From Mobula birostris (Eukaryota): 64,000 nucleotides of DNA. Location of the stretch: assembly GCF_030028105.1 (NCBI RefSeq), contig NC_092384.1:22079629-22143628 (forward strand). Reading direction: 5' to 3'. Made by a program: the position numbers and the translations under genes. The notes under the pieces are model-generated. The model made no database searches. It was not told where the DNA came from and saw nothing but the letters and a program-made list of their open reading frames with translations. Below, piece after piece: positions 11,165-25,900 of the stretch (position 1 is the first letter of the stretch; every line of letters begins with the position of its first letter).

Positions 11165-13150
11165 ATCAGAATCAGGATTATTATCACCAGCACGTGTCGT
11201 GAAATTTGTTAACTTAGCAGCAGCAGTACAATGCAATAAATAATATAGAAGAAGAAGGAAAAAATAAAATAATAATAATAAATAAGTAAGAAAATCAATT
11301 ATAGTATACGCATATTGAATAGATTAAAAATCATGCAACAAAACAGAAATAATATATATTAAAAAAGTGAGGTAGTGTCCAAGGGTTCAATGTCCATTTT
11401 GGAATCGGATGGCAGAGGGGAAGAAGCTGTTCCTGAATCACTGAGTGTGCACCTTCAGGCTTCTGCACCTCCTATCTGACTGTAACAGTGAGAAAAGGGC
11501 ATGCCCTGGGTGCTGGAGGTCCTTAATAATGGACATTGCCTTTCTGAGACACTGCTCCTTGAAGGTGTCCTGGGTACTTTGTAGGCTAGTACCCAAAATG
11601 TAGCCAACTAAATTTACAACCCTCTGCAGCTTCTTCTGGTCCTGTGCAGTAGCCCCCCCCCCCCACATACCAGACAGTGATGCAGCCCGTCAGCATACTC
11701 TCCATGGTACATCTATAGAAGTTTTTGAGTGTATTTGTTGACATACCAAATCTCTTCAAACTCCTCATGAAGTATAGTTGCTGTCTTGCTTTCTTTAAGA
11801 CTACATCAATATATTGGGACCAGGTTAGGTCCTCAGAGATCTTGACACCCAGGAACTTGAAACTGCTCACTCTCTCCACTTCTGATCCCTCTATGAAGAT
11901 TGGTATGTGTTCCTTCGTCTTACCCTTCCTGAAGTCCACAATCAGCTCTTTCATCTTACTGACGTCAAGTGCCAGGTTGTCGCTGGGGCACCACTCTACT
12001 AGTTGGCATATCTCGCTCCTGTACGCCCTCTCGTCTCCATCTGAGATTCTACCAACAATGGTTGTATCATCAGCAAATTTTTAGATGGTATTTGAGCTAT
12101 GCCTAGCCACACAGTCATGGGTATAGAGAGAGTAGAGCAGTGGTGCATTATTGTTGATCGTCAGCGAGGAGGAGATGTTATCACCAATCTGCGCAGATTG
12201 TGGTCTTCTGGTTATGAAGTCGACGATCCAATTGCAGAGGGAGATACAGAGGCCCAGGTTCTGTAACTTCTCAATCATGATTGTAGGAATGATGGTATTA
12301 AATGCTGAGCTACAGTCGATGAACAGCATCCTGACTTAGGTATTTGTATTGTGCAGGTGGCCTAAGGCCATGTGAAGAGCCATTGAGATTGCATCTGCCG
12401 TTGACCGTGTGTTGGTGCATGGCCAAGTGGTTAAGGCATTCGTCTAGTGATCTGAAGGTTGCTAGTTCGAGCCTTGGCTGAGGCAACATGTTGTGTCTTT
12501 GAGCAAGGCACTTAACCACACATTGCTCTGCGATGACACCGGTGCCAAGCTGTATAGGCCCTAATGCCCTTTCCTTAGACAACATCAGTGTCGTGGAGAG
12601 GGGAGACTTGCAGCATGGGCAACTGCCAGTCTTCCATACAACCTTGCCCAGGCCTATGCCCTGGAAACCTTCTAAGGCACAAATCCATGGTCTCACGAGA
12701 CTAACGGATGCCTATCATCATCATCATTGACCTATTGTGGTGATAGGCAAATTGCAATGGGTCCAGGTCCTTGCTGAGGCAGGAGTTCAGTCTAATCATG
12801 ACCAACCTCTCAAAGCATTTCATCACTGTCGACGTGAGTGCTACTGGACAATAGTCATTAAGGCAGCTCACATTATTTTTCTTAGGCACTGGTATAATTG
12901 TTGCCTTTTTGAAGTGAGTGGGATCTTCCACCCGTAGCAGTAAGAGGTTGAAAATGTCCTTGAACACTCCCACCAGTTGGTTGGCACAGGTTTTCAGAGC
13001 CTTACCAGGTACTCCATCGGGACCTTCTGCCTTGCGAGGGTTCACTCTCTTTAAAGACAGCCAAACATCGGTCTCCGAGACAGAGATCACAGGGTCATCA
13101 GGTGCAGCAGGGATCTTCACAGCTGTAGTTATATTCTCCCTTTCAAAGCA
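11165..13150 (-). mobile_element. Rex1/Babar LINE, 5'-truncated and frameshifted
   Basis: ORF pieces [79 protein letters not shown]; (CTGATT)n-type tail at 11165. Confidence 0.9.
12407..12726 (+). mobile_element. tRNA-derived SINE inserted in the Rex1 element
   Basis: Pol III A box TGGCCAAGTGG 12420-12430, B box GTTCGAGCC 12465-12473, (CAT)n tail, TSD TTGACC at 12401-12406 and 12727-12732. Confidence 0.85.
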
Positions 13151-13462
13151 GAGACCTTATAGAAGTATCAGAAATTATGAGGGAGATGATTAGGGTAAAT
13201 ACATGAAGGCTTTTCCCATGAGGTTTGGTGAGACTAGAACTAGAGGCCAGAGGCTTAGGTCGAAAGGTGAAACATTTGAGTGGAAGTGTTGGATGTGGGT
13301 TCAATTGCAACATTTAGAACAGTTTGGATGGGTACGTGAGTGTCAGGTATGGAGGGCTATGGTCGTGGTACTGGTAGATGGGGGCTAAGCAGAAAAACAG
13401 ATCGGCATGGACTAGATGGGTCAAGTGGCCTGTTTCTGTGCTGTCATGCTCTTTGACTATGA
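13151..13462 (+). mobile_element. CR1 LINE 3' end fragment
   Basis: TRTRGQRLR-like C-terminus and CR1 3' UTR GATGGGTCAAGTGGCCTGTTTCTGTGCTG. Confidence 0.7.
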
Positions 13463-13847
13463 TTTAATAAGTACTTTTGGCAATGTTGTCCACTTCCTTA
13501 CCATACTTTGGATAAATAAGCTTGTGGAATATTAGCAATCAGTGCCTAATTGTTCCCCAGTAGTGGTGGGCAGTGGAAGATTCAAGTAGAAGGACATTCA
13601 AATGGAATACAATATATCCCACCCCGTTTCAAAGACAGAAGCAGGAGAACTGTGTTCTATAGCTGGTCTGCATCACAGACAAATATAATGTAATTGCAAA
13701 GATAAGTAAAACTCCAATAATCTGGCACACCCAGGATTTTAGTAGTGCCAGATCACCAGATATTTCAAATGGTTCCGTTTATTATCAGACAACATATACA
13801 GCATGCAACCTGAAATGCTTGTCTTCAGAGACATGCATGAAAAACTG

Positions 13848-13883
<36 letters not shown>

Positions 13884-14577
13884 ACACACACACACGAGGA
13901 ATAGAGAGAAGTCACCCCTTTCACACCAAAAGGGGAGACTAACAGTTGCTCTTATGGTGTTACAGTCTGCTGCGTCATTTTTTATTCTGAAATATTTATT
14001 TATTTATCAATACATTGTGGAGTAGGCTGTTTGATCCACTCTGCTCCAGCAATCTTGATTTAACCCTATCCTAGTTACAGAACAATTTGGACTGACTATT
14101 GGAGTATTGGATGTTACTTCAGTTAAAATCCCAGAAACTTCATTTGCTTTGTTGGGGGTTTCTTTTGGATTTGCACGGTGTTATAATCGATGTTCCAGTG
14201 AAACAGATAAGTTTAAAGTGAGTGAAAGGGGGCATGGGATCTGAAGCCGTGATGGGTAGGAAGGAAGTGAAGCAAATGTCACTCCATGAGCTATTTGCCA
14301 AACCCTGCGATTTGCAAATCATTTGATAATAGTTTACTGGAGTTTTACTGGCAGTGTGATTTCTGGTTTGAGCACCGAGTTTGCTCTTGTACCTCAGAGC
14401 AACATTGAGAAAGGTTCTGCACTACTACATCTGTTACAAGCTTTGTTTTTGACCACGGGTCCACAGCAGACCCAGTCAACAGGGATAAAGGTAGTGGAGC
14501 TGCTGTCCCCCGGCTCCAGAAAAGAGAATTGAATCCTGCATGTGGATTGTGCATGTTCACTTTCCTCCCAAATCTCA

Positions 14578-15770
14578 AACATTGTATTGTATTGTACTTA
14601 CTTTATTTCTTACATCCAAGGGAGTAAAACTCTTTATGTTGTGTCTCTGTTGCAATGTACAAGCAACAAGGAAGGGAAATGTGGGAGAATATTGCCCAAA
14701 CTCTAAGACTGTATACAGAATTGTTTTGTATACATGTATGTACAGTCAGATACAATGTACAGTCAGATTCACAATCAGATCAATGTACACTGATAAATCT
14801 GATGGCCTGGTGAAAGGAGCTGTCCCAAAGCCTGTTGGTCCTGGCCTTAATGCTCCTGAACCGTTTGCCAGATGGTAGCAGCTGAAACAGTTTGTGGTTG
14901 GGATGGCTGGAGTCCTTGATGATCCTTTGGGCCCTTTGAACACAATTACTGCTGTAACTGTCCTGAATAGAGGAAAGGTCACATCCACAGAACATTTCGG
15001 GAGAGCAGTGTTATGTGTTTTACTGAAACGTGGCTGCACAAGGACATACCCGACAAAACTTTTCCATGGATGGCTTCCAGACCGTTCAGGCTGACTGGAA
15101 GTGCACTGAGAGTGGTAAGTGTAAAGGAGTTGGGGGCTTGCTGTTCTGGTTAACAACGGATGGTGCAATCCTGGTCATGTTACGATTGAGGAACGTGTTT
15201 GTAGCCCGGATATTGAACTTTTTGCTGTTGGATTCCGGCCATATTCCACCGAGATACAACACTGGGCGTTCCTGCCTGTGGACATTGAACTTTGCAGCTC
15301 CTTGCGTGGAGGGTCAGACACCCTGAGCCAATAGGCTGGTCCTGGACTTATTTCCATCTGGCATAGTTTGCATATTGTTGTTTGATTGTTTGTGGTTTTT
15401 GTATTGCTATATTTACGCTCTATTCTTGGTTGGTGCAGTGGTAACGAAACCCAGTTTCCCTCAGGATCAATAAAGTATGTCTATCTATCTAGATGTACTG
15501 GGCTGTCTGCACCACTCTCTGCAGTGCCCTGCGATTGGGGGTAGTACAGTTAGGGTTCTCTGGATGGTGTCCCTGTAGAAAGTACTGAGGATCTGGGGAC
15601 TCATGCCAAACTTCTTTGGCCATCTGAGGTGAAAGAGGCACTGCTGTGTTTTTTTCACCACACAGGCGGTATGTACTGTCTAGGTGAGATCATTGGTGAT
15701 GTGTTTACCAAGGAACTTGAAACTACTCACCCCCTAAACTACAGTCCCATTCATGTCAATAGGGGCTAGC
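14578..15770 (-). mobile_element. Rex1/Babar 3' fragment containing a nested opposite-strand Rex1 derivative (~14990-15490)
   Basis: Host encodes AQRIIKDSSHPNHKLFQLLPSGKRFRSIKARTNRL. The insert encodes APE-endonuclease remnants (MCFTETWL, DIELFAV) joined to a 3' UTR ending CAATAAAG(TATC)n. Confidence 0.8.
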
Positions 15771-16970
15771 CAGTAAAGTAGGTTAATTGGTACCTGGAAA
15801 TTCCACATCGTATGAAAATAATTGTAGCACTTTTGGGGAATTCAGGGGATAGTGCAAAGTGGAATGGGATTGTTTAGGTATGGTGTAAGAGGGTGCTTGC
15901 TGGCCAGTACAGACTTGATGGGCCACACCAAGCCAGACTGTGGTATCACTTTTCTCATTCATCCTCACTGAAACAGAGTTGCACCTTCAACAGGCTTCCT
16001 TGCTGGTGTGCAGCTCGTTTACAGAACTAATGGGAAACACCTATCCAACACAACAGCACTCCAGTCTCAGTATTTTGTGGAGGGTGGGGGGGGGGAAAGA
16101 GAGGGGTGAGGGGTGGGGGGAGAGAGATGAGGGGAGGGTGGATAAGGAGAGGGGGAGAGGAAAGAGGTGGAGTGAGAGGGGTTTAGAGAGGGGGGTAGAG
16201 AGAAGGGGTTGGGGAAGGGAAAGAGGCGGGAGCGAAGCGAGGGGAAGACACACACACAGACCAGCATGATCTTTTTGATGTAATCTCTATTATTTGTACA
16301 AAAGCCATCTCCAGTAAGACATAATAATAGTCATTATCTCTCTCTGTCTGCGGGACTTTCAGTGAACAGAATTGTTTACCGTGTTCCTAACACAGAACAA
16401 CGATCACATTCCAAGAAGTAGGCATTTGATTGTAATTTTCTCCGCGCCCTCCCACGGCTGCAAAAGCGGGTTGTAACTAGAATTTATGATCTTCAGAACA
16501 AAGCTTTTTTTTTCAAAGTTTAAATCGATTAATTTTACCACGGCGGAACTTGCAGAACTTGAGGGTCAGTGAAATAGGCCGAATGAAAGTAAATCACTTT
16601 CTCGCACTGAGGGATCGAAGAAGTCATTCTGGTGTCGGCTTTCCCTCCATCCTGCCTGACAGGTCCATTCAAACGGTCATTACAACTCAAATACCCCGAT
16701 TCTCGATACAAGTGATCAATCATTAGGCAGTCATCAGAAGGATCTCGAATAATAGATTTCAAGCGTTCCTTTCTGTCAATGTTGTGCTCCTTCACGTTTC
16801 CTTTCGTATCTAATCAGTACTAATTATGAATTCATTAAACCTAACAATTTCTCTGGTAGAGATTAGGCTGCAGCTGAAATTAATAATCCTTCAAGACGCC
16901 CACTTGCACCCAGACTTTAAAAGTCATTAGACGGGGTGGGGTTCTGGGCTGTGAGGAATGAGTTAGAGCT

Positions 16971-19900
16971 ATGGTGTGTAGAAGAATGAGTAGAGGAGGA
17001 AAGGTTTTCCTTTTTTTTAATTTGATGGGAAATGAATTAATAGCTTGTGTATTTTTACAGGCACTGTTCAAGGTATTGATGTTGCTGCTTTGTGGAGTTG
17101 TTGTTCCTGTGTGTGGTGCTGGTAAGTAATTTTTAAAAAAAAACTTCCAGTAGGATATTTTACCATGTTACTATGATGCTATGCAGCCATCTTAAATGAA
17201 ATATCAATGATTATCTTATTGTTTCCTACAAAACTTTTAAGCTATGCTTGAAATAATATACAAACTCTTATCTTTAATAATTCACCCCTTTGAGGTGTTA
17301 TCTGAAATGGAACTAAGACATCCCTTGTTAAATCTTTTGTAAGTTCTACTAGTTGGAAGCTGTGATACTATAGTATTTATTAAATAATTTAGTGATAAAG
17401 ATTTAGATATGGAGTAAGTTACATGGGGCTCATAAGCTCACCACTGACTTTGCTGGTTTTGTCTTGGGGCTCTAGTCTTCACAGCCTGTAGAGGTAAAGT
17501 GAGGACTCTTTCTAATGGAAACACTATGGTCTGGACTCTGCATGCATGAAGGATTAGTAATTAGTTAGGCTGGTGTGTAATTTAAATATGTACTTATAGT
17601 TATTGCTATTCAATCCCAGTCCTATTAGCTGATTTATGGTTGGATAAAATTAAATAACTACTGTATTGAAGCTTAAGAAATACAGGAGCTGAAAATCCTG
17701 GGAAAAGTTCTTGGAAAGACACTAGGTTAGTTAGCATCTTGGCACTGGTTGCTACCTTAAGTCTGAGACCTTTGTCAAAATGGTCTGTGGCTTCTGTCAA
17801 TTTTTAAGTGACTCAGTTATAAACTTATGACCTCCAATATGTATGAGGTTGCAGTTCAAAGTAAAACTTATTGTATGTACATGTAACCACATACAATTGA
17901 GATTCTTTGTAGATGTAATTAGCAAGTCTATAGAACACCAGCTTAACTATAAACTGCAAATGTAGATGTAAATAAATAGCAATAAATACCAAGTATGAAA
18001 TAACAAGATAAATGAATCCTTAAATGTGTAGCTATCTCCTTTTGTTCAAGAGCCTGATGGCTGAGGGGTAGTAACTGTTCTTGAACCTAGTGGTGTGAGT
18101 TCTGAGGCACTTGTATCTCCTACCTGATAGCAGCAGTGAGAAATGATCTTGGCCTGGGTGGTGAGGATCTTTGGATGCTGCTTTTCTAAGGCAATGTTTC
18201 CTGTAGATGTGCTTAAATGTTTGGGAGGATTTTACCTGGGCTGAATCCACTACTTTGGTAGGATTTTCCTCATGAGGCTATAATGCAGCCAGTGCACTTT
18301 CCACCACTCATCTATAGAAATTTGCTGAGGTTTTTGATAATGTGCCAAACCTCCACTCTCCTCAGTAGAGGTGCTGTCATGTCTTCACAATAATATTTGT
18401 ATGATGGGTCTAGGACAGGTCCTGTGAGATAATGACACCCAGGAATTCAAAGTTGCTGATCTGGCTCATGGACCTCCTGGTTTCCCCCTCCTAAAGTCTA
18501 CAATCATTCCTTGGTCTTATTGACAGAGTGAAAGGTTGTTATTGTCCTGTTTAGCCAAATTTTCAATCTCCCTCCTGTATGCTGATATTTAATAGTTAAA
18601 TATTACTTCTATGTATTCTAATATAATTGGCCAATTTCCCCCACTAGATTGTGACCCCAATCCTTGTAAGAATGAGGGGACCTGTGTTGTTGTAGATGGG
18701 CTTGCTCAGTGCCACTGCCTTCATGGGCTCAGAGGAGAGACTTGTGAAGGTAAGCTACTTTGTGAAATCTGACTTTGTTTTGAAGGCTAATGAACTAATA
18801 ACCAACCTGCCATCTTTGTATTGCTTAATTGTAGATTGACATGTGATATAATTGAAAACTCTTAAACTGTTAAAAGATTTGGTCTGTTTCTACTGTCATC
18901 TCCAGAGTCTAATGGTCTATTTCAACTACCTTGATTTTAATCCTGTGGTTCTAGTGCTCTTTGCTAAATGGTGACTTGCACTTAGATCGTTTAAAACACT
19001 ATTATTTAAGTTCTCAATTTTTTATTTCAAGAGAAGCAGCTGGAAATGTCAAGTATTAGCAATCAAATCTTCCTGAAGTATTTTGACTACCAATAGCATT
19101 GTGTCCTTTTAAATTCATTCACTGACCATCTTTTCAGGTGCCTAACATTTTAACTGTTGTCCTAGGATTTGGGAATGATGCAAGACAAATGGCTGAACGC
19201 TTGGTGTGGATACAGCAGGCTTCTAGTCCAATGGATACTCCAAGGTCTTTTGGGGGGTGGGGGGGAGAATCCTTTAGTGTTTTCAGGTGTACAAACCTGC
19301 CTCATTAATTTCATTAGCAGATACTTTTATCTCCAAATCAATTTCGAGGAATATTTCTATCTGTGCTCTGTATGAATGTAACATTGAGTAAGTTAAGCTA
19401 CTCTTCAAAGGTAGTTTATTGACCCAAAGTTATTACCCCATGGTAATTGGGAGTCTGAATTTGAAATGACACCACTCAGTGTGAACTATGAATCCAGCTT
19501 GTTTGTCTTTCAAGAAATGTCATTCCTTCCTAGCCTGATGAGGCAACTCCAGATTATATAAACTTGTGACAGTCCATCTGAATTATCCATGTTTGGGAAG
19601 TAGTTGAAAATGGTCAAATGTTGCTTTTACATTGCCCACATGTGTGAATAAACAGGATCCCATCCCCAGATTACAAGTGTTCCGTTCATAAGAAGTAATT
19701 CACAACTCAAAACAGTTTGCCTGTTGACAATGTAGCCACCTGGCAACTTTAAATAGGCCAACTTGTAGCTAAATCAGGCCATTTAACCTGACCACCCAGG
19801 CTCCTCTGGAAGATATAGTGAGTTCCCATACAAAAGATGCCTGCAGTGGCTGGCCTATCCATCCCACCATTCACAAGCTACCAGTAAATCAGACACTTGT

Positions 19901-22900
19901 AACCTGGGGGGGACTTTGATTGAAACTGCAATGCTTATGAAGTTGGCAAGATGTGGCAGGGAAGTCATTAAAAGTGAGTCTTTTTCTGCAGATATAAAAA
20001 TGGAAGTTGAGTGCAAGCAGGCCTACATAAAAGTACTAATTATTAAGGATTATTTTGATTGGAAAAATGTAACCATGGACTCTGTACAGCTGATAGAAGA
20101 TGCTTGCAAAGCTTCAATAGAAGTTGTAAATGGAGAAGAATACTATTCCATCACTATACACCACAGTAATTACTCTAGTTGTGGTACTGTTGTGCTGGTA
20201 AGGATTTCATTACTTGTTTTCAAATTTGCTTTTAGTTTGCTTAGTTGGATAGATTCCTGCAAGCTCTGCTAATGAGCAGACAAAAATAGTTGGTTTGGGT
20301 ACAGTACTTGGATTTTTATTGGCTTTTTGTTTGCTGTAGTGTTCAGTGATGGTTGTGCAGTGTGGCTTGGAAATTATCTAGAAACTTGGGAGTTATTGTG
20401 TACTGGCTCTGAATATTAAGTTGTGTAACTGTTCTATTCACCTGAGATGGGTCATTAGATGAGATTATCAATTCCTGCAGGGTTAACTCCCTCTTCCTAT
20501 AATGGGCAAGTGTATAAACTAAGCAAGCCTATGGCTGGTCTTGCTGTAAATGGCAGGATCTGAACTGTTCAATATAGGGATTCTATGTTAAGCCACATTA
20601 ACACAGAACCTATTTTAAAATGCACCCTGTGCATATTAATAACAATGTATTTTAGTTTGGAAGAAAGACCCTCATGAATGATTTCTAATGGGAAGCTTTT
20701 GTTTTAGAGTAATGCTACACACATCATGTACATGAATGAACTGGAAACTCAACATGCGACAGGCATTATCACCAGGCTCCCTTCTGAAGCAATTGACTTC
20801 ACTTGTATATACTACCGTGAAAGGACAGTGCAGCTTGCATTTCCAATACAGCCAAAGGCTACGTAAGTTCAATAGACAAACTTTCCTTTTCTTCCTTGTA
20901 CAGATTAACTTGCAAAAATTGGAAGGGTTTCCCATTTGGTGGAATACAAGACTATCTAGTTACGAGTACAAATGTGCTGAAGGGTCATTTGATGAAGATG
21001 TACTTTCTAATTCTATGCTTTTTTTGTCTAGATACAAAACTGCAAATCTTGTACTGAGTTGCTAATGAAGTTGACAGGATACTGTGTTTGGGTGATGTCC
21101 CTTGTACTGTTCCGGTTCCAACATTGGAGCCAAAAACAATTTCTCACTCCTGACTTGAATTCTAATCAAATAATACTAGAGATTTGCTCCCCACACTTTC
21201 AGTTTTGATGTGATAACTTGATTGCGATCACCACAGAAGGATAGCTAATCTGTCTATTAGGTTGTAGACGCTGTCAATTGATGTAATGGCCATGCTAACT
21301 TTGAATACCACAGACTTGTTACCAAATCTCCTGTAGATCTGGTAGAAAGAGATAGTACTTTAGGTATACTTCAGTACAGTAAATGTTCTCAAAACTGTAA
21401 AATGAGTTTTGCATCAGTGGCAACATTGTACTTAAACACTGCAGTGAAAATGCTCCAAACATTGTCAACCCTACAATATTCCCAGCAGCCCTTCTATCTC
21501 CTTTAGTGATGCTGCAATCTAAATGCAATAAAATGGCCTTCAACATAGTTGAAGTAACTAAGAATATAAATGTTTAATTCTGTTTTGCCAATAAGCAATG
21601 TATTCAAGCATTCTCAAATTACCCCATTACCTTGGGGATATGAGTGAATGCACTTGTACTATTCAAATTTTGCTCTGGCCTGAGGCTAAATGAATCTGTT
21701 CACTTTAGAATTGCAGTATTCCATGTGCAGGAAGGAGATGTCACCGTATCAATGGCTCTCTATGAAAGTGTCAAGTATGAAACTGCTTATGTGGACCTGC
21801 CAGTTATACCTTGGTCAGAGCGCTTGTACATCAGCTTGAAGATTGAGCCTGGAGAACAGAACTTGTTTATCTTGACCATAAATGATTGCTGGGCCACACC
21901 AACCAAAAATCCAGATGACTTGCCCCAGTATTACCTAATAAAGAAGGGGTAAGGAGGATTCTTGGCTCTTCATTGCAATGTTATAACACATGGTTTTAAG
22001 TCTGTACCTTACTAACCTCTTCGATGGTCTTGTGTTTCATCTCATCAGTGGATTGCTTGCATTCAACAGTCAGTGGCCCTAATCTAAGCATGATTACTCC
22101 AACTTCATTTAATACACTATTTTTCCAAAGGCTAAATTCAAATTTGGGAAGTCTAGAATGTGCTTGGGTCTTGAATATTCAAAATTTTAGAAATGTTTGT
22201 TTCCCTCCATTCTCCAGTAATTTAAGCTTGAAGGTGGATTAATTTCATATTTGTAATTTTAGAAAATTGGTCATGAAGGACCAGAATTTCTCCAATTGAT
22301 ATTGAACACTTATTGACTAAGTTATTTTATGTACTTCTATAATTTCCTCTTCAGATGTCCCAGTGATGAGACTGTGCAGTATCACAATCAAATTGGAAAT
22401 GAGACAACAGCCAATTTCAGTGTGCAAATGTTTCGATTTACCAAGTATCCTGTGGTGTTTCTGCATTGCAGAACTGAAATTTGTGTTCCTGACAATCTGG
22501 AACCTTGTACTATTGTAAGTTTGAGTATTTAATCACTACTTTCCTTTGCTCCAAAAACACAATATTAAATAGTTTTCATTTTCCAATATATATAGGAATG
22601 TCCTAATCAATCAAAAAAAACCAAAAGAGAAACACACACCAGTGCGAAGGGGTTGTTGACTTATGGACCTATTCAATGGACACATACCAAGTCACATCTA
22701 CCTGAAACTCATAAACCTAGTAAGTATTGTTTGAGTTGGGGCAGTGTTAGTGGTCCAGCCTGGGCAAGCACAGGTACAAGTTTGAAGTTTCCAGTAAATT
22801 TTACTGGATATAGCTAGAGTGCTGAGAATGGGTCCAGTCCACAGTTGTATGTTCCTTGTGTGAGAAGTGGGAACTTTGGGAGACCTCTGATCTTCCTGAT

Positions 22901-25900
22901 AACCATATCTGCATGAAGTGCAGAGCTGCAGCTCCCTGGAGCCTTGAGGAACTGGAGCTGCAGCTAGATGACCTTCATCTCGTACAGGAGAATGAGGTAG
23001 ATGGGAGCTACAGGGAAGTTGCAGGAGGCAGGTCCCTGGGTTACTGTCATGAGGGAGAACTGGAATGGGCACCCAATGCAGAGTACCCATGAGGCCATTC
23101 CCCTTGGTATACTGCTCTGGGGGGGGGGGGAATGGGGAATCTTCTACCAGGGAAAAGCTGCAGTGAGTGGGTCTCAGGCAGAGTCTGGCTCTGTGGCTCA
23201 GAAGGGAAGGAAGGAGTGGGGAGAAGAGTAGTTTGGGATTCCATAATTGGAGCAGAAAGCAGATTCTGTGGACAAGATGGACACCCAGATGCCAGGCTGA
23301 CTGATGTCCCAGATTGGGTCCACGTATTCTAAAGGAAGTTGAACAGGCAGAAGTTGCAGTATATTGGTACAAACAACTTGGGTAGGTGGTGTTGTTCAGG
23401 AGGAGATCTTGAAGGGAGAGTTGGGTAGAAGCTGAAAAGCAGGATCAGCAGGGTGGTAGTCTCTGGATTGTTGCTTGTGCCATGGACCAGTCAGGGTAAG
23501 AATAGGATGATTTGGCAGATGAATATGTGGCTGAGGAATTGGGGTAGGGTTTCACACTTCTGGGGGAGGGCATGACCTGTACAAAAGACAGGTTACACTG
23601 AACCCAAGGGGAACCAATATCTTTGCAAGCAGGTTTGCTAGAGCTATTGGGGGGGGGGGGGGGGTTTAAATTTGGCAAAGGGGATGGGAACCAGAATTGT
23701 GTAGTGACACTGAGAAAGGACAGGCAGTTGTAGTCAGTAGGATGAATTGAAGTGTAACATGGTGGGGGGAATCAAAGCAGGAGGTGAATTCAGGATTGAA
23801 GGTGTTGTATTTGAACACAGTATACAGGATAAGATATGTTGTGGGCCTTGCTGAGTTGTGGCTGAAAGAAGGTCATAGTTGGAGCTTAATATCAGGGACA
23901 CACCTTGTATCAAAAAGTAGGTGGAGGAGGGTGATGGCTCTGGTTTATTTATATATAAAAAAACATCAAATGTTTAGAGGTGACATGGGATTCAAAAGTG
24001 TAGAATTGTGGGCAGTTAATAAACTGCAAGTGTAAAAAGACCCTGATATGAGCATTTCCAAATAGTAGTCAGGATGTGGGATTTTTATTTAAAAAAAAAA
24101 AACAAACAAACAATGGGAGATGAAAGAGGAATGTGTGGACAATGTTATGATAGTCAGGTAGACTGGGGAAAATTGGGTTGGTGGTGGATCCAAAGAGTGA
24201 GTATGTAGAATGCTTATGAGATGGCTTTTTAGAGCAGCTTGAAGTTAAGGCCATGAGGGAAATAGCAATTCTGAACTTGATGGTGCTGAGGAAGCAGTGA
24301 TCATAATGATAGAATTTACCTGCAATTTGAAGTACAGAAGCTAAAGTCAACCTGTTAGTATTACAGTGGAGTGAAGGGAATTTGAGGTATGATGCTTTGG
24401 AAGAGGACACCAGCAGGGATGAGGGCAAAATGGTGGCTGGAGTTTCTGGAGGAAACTCATTCTAAAGGAATGATGGGGCAACCATGGCTGACCAGGGAAA
24501 TCGAAGACTGCATAAAACCAGAAGGGAACATATTGCTGAGCAAAAATTAGTGGATATTAAAAGATTTGGAAGCTTTTAAGAACAGAAGGAAACTTTCATA
24601 TTAAAAAGCCACAAGGAGAGAGCAGGTTAAATATGAAGGCAAGCTAGTCACTAACATAAAAAGGATGCCCAAAGTTTTAAAATGCATTAGGAGTGAGAGG
24701 ATATCAGACTGCTGGGGGAAAAAATACTGGAGAAGTAGTAATGGGGGTCAAAGAAATGGCAGATGAACTTGAATATTTTTTTAGTTTTCACTGTGGAAGA
24801 CATTGCTGCTAATGTTCCCTTGAATTTGTAATGACTAGTGTGTGCAAAAATATTGTGCTGTTAACATCTCCATGTTAACACTGCATCAGAAACCAGAAAA
24901 AATGATTGCTACAATCCTGAAATGTACTTAACATGCCTATGTGAGGTAGAGTAAAAACTTTGTGCAGTTTAAATTCCTTTGTGCATTAGTAGCAAAAGAT
25001 GTACTACTGAACAATGTTCATACATGTCAGGCATTCAGGAGTCGTGGCAGAAGTGTTGCTGTTACTAAGGTGCTTGGAAAGAAAGTCTGAAGGTAGATAA
25101 GTCACCTGGACCATGAGGTAACTGAGGGGATTGTGGAGGCATTAGTGATGCCAGAAAGATTATTACTAAAGTCTGGAATGGTTCAGGAGGACAAGAAAAT
25201 TCTAAATCTCTCCACCCTTTCAGGAGTAATGAGGAAGAAAGGAAATTGTAGTCCAGTTAGCCTGACTTCAATGGCTGGGAAGATGTTGGAGACCATTATT
25301 AAGGGCAAGGTTCTGGGGTACTTGGAGATGCAGGATAAAATACCCCGAAGTCAGCCTGGTTTCCTTGAAGGGAAACCTTGCCTGACAAATTTGTTGGAAC
25401 TCTGAGGAAACAGGCAGGATGGTCAGTGTTTACTTAGATTTTCAGAAGGTCTTTGACAAGGTGCCACTCAAGATGAGGGGCCCATGGTGTTACAGAAAAG
25501 CTACTATCATGGATAGAAAATTAGCTGACAGGAGGCAAAGTGGGAATAAAGGGACCTTTCCATTTGGCTGCCAGTGACTAGTGTTTTGTAGGGGCTAGTA
25601 CTGCAACTACTTCCCACATTGTATGTAAATTGTTTGAATGGGGGGGGTTTGATAGCTAGCAGACAATGAGATGAATGAAGGGGCAGGTAGTATTGAGAAA
25701 GCAGGGTCTACAGAAGGACTTGGGCAAAATAGGCAAACAAGTGGCATATGAAATATAGTGCGGGGAAGTGCATGGTCATGAATATTGGCAGAAGAAATAA
25801 AGGTGTTGACTATTTTCTAAATGGGGAGAATTCAAAAATCAAGAGGTGCTTCCCTAAAAGTTGGGTTGCACATTTGAGTCGGTGGTAAAAGCAAATGCAA

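Noticed and set aside
12407-12480. tRNA gene
   Set aside because: The A/B boxes belong to a SINE head followed by a SINE body, tail and TSD; no intact cloverleaf or terminator.
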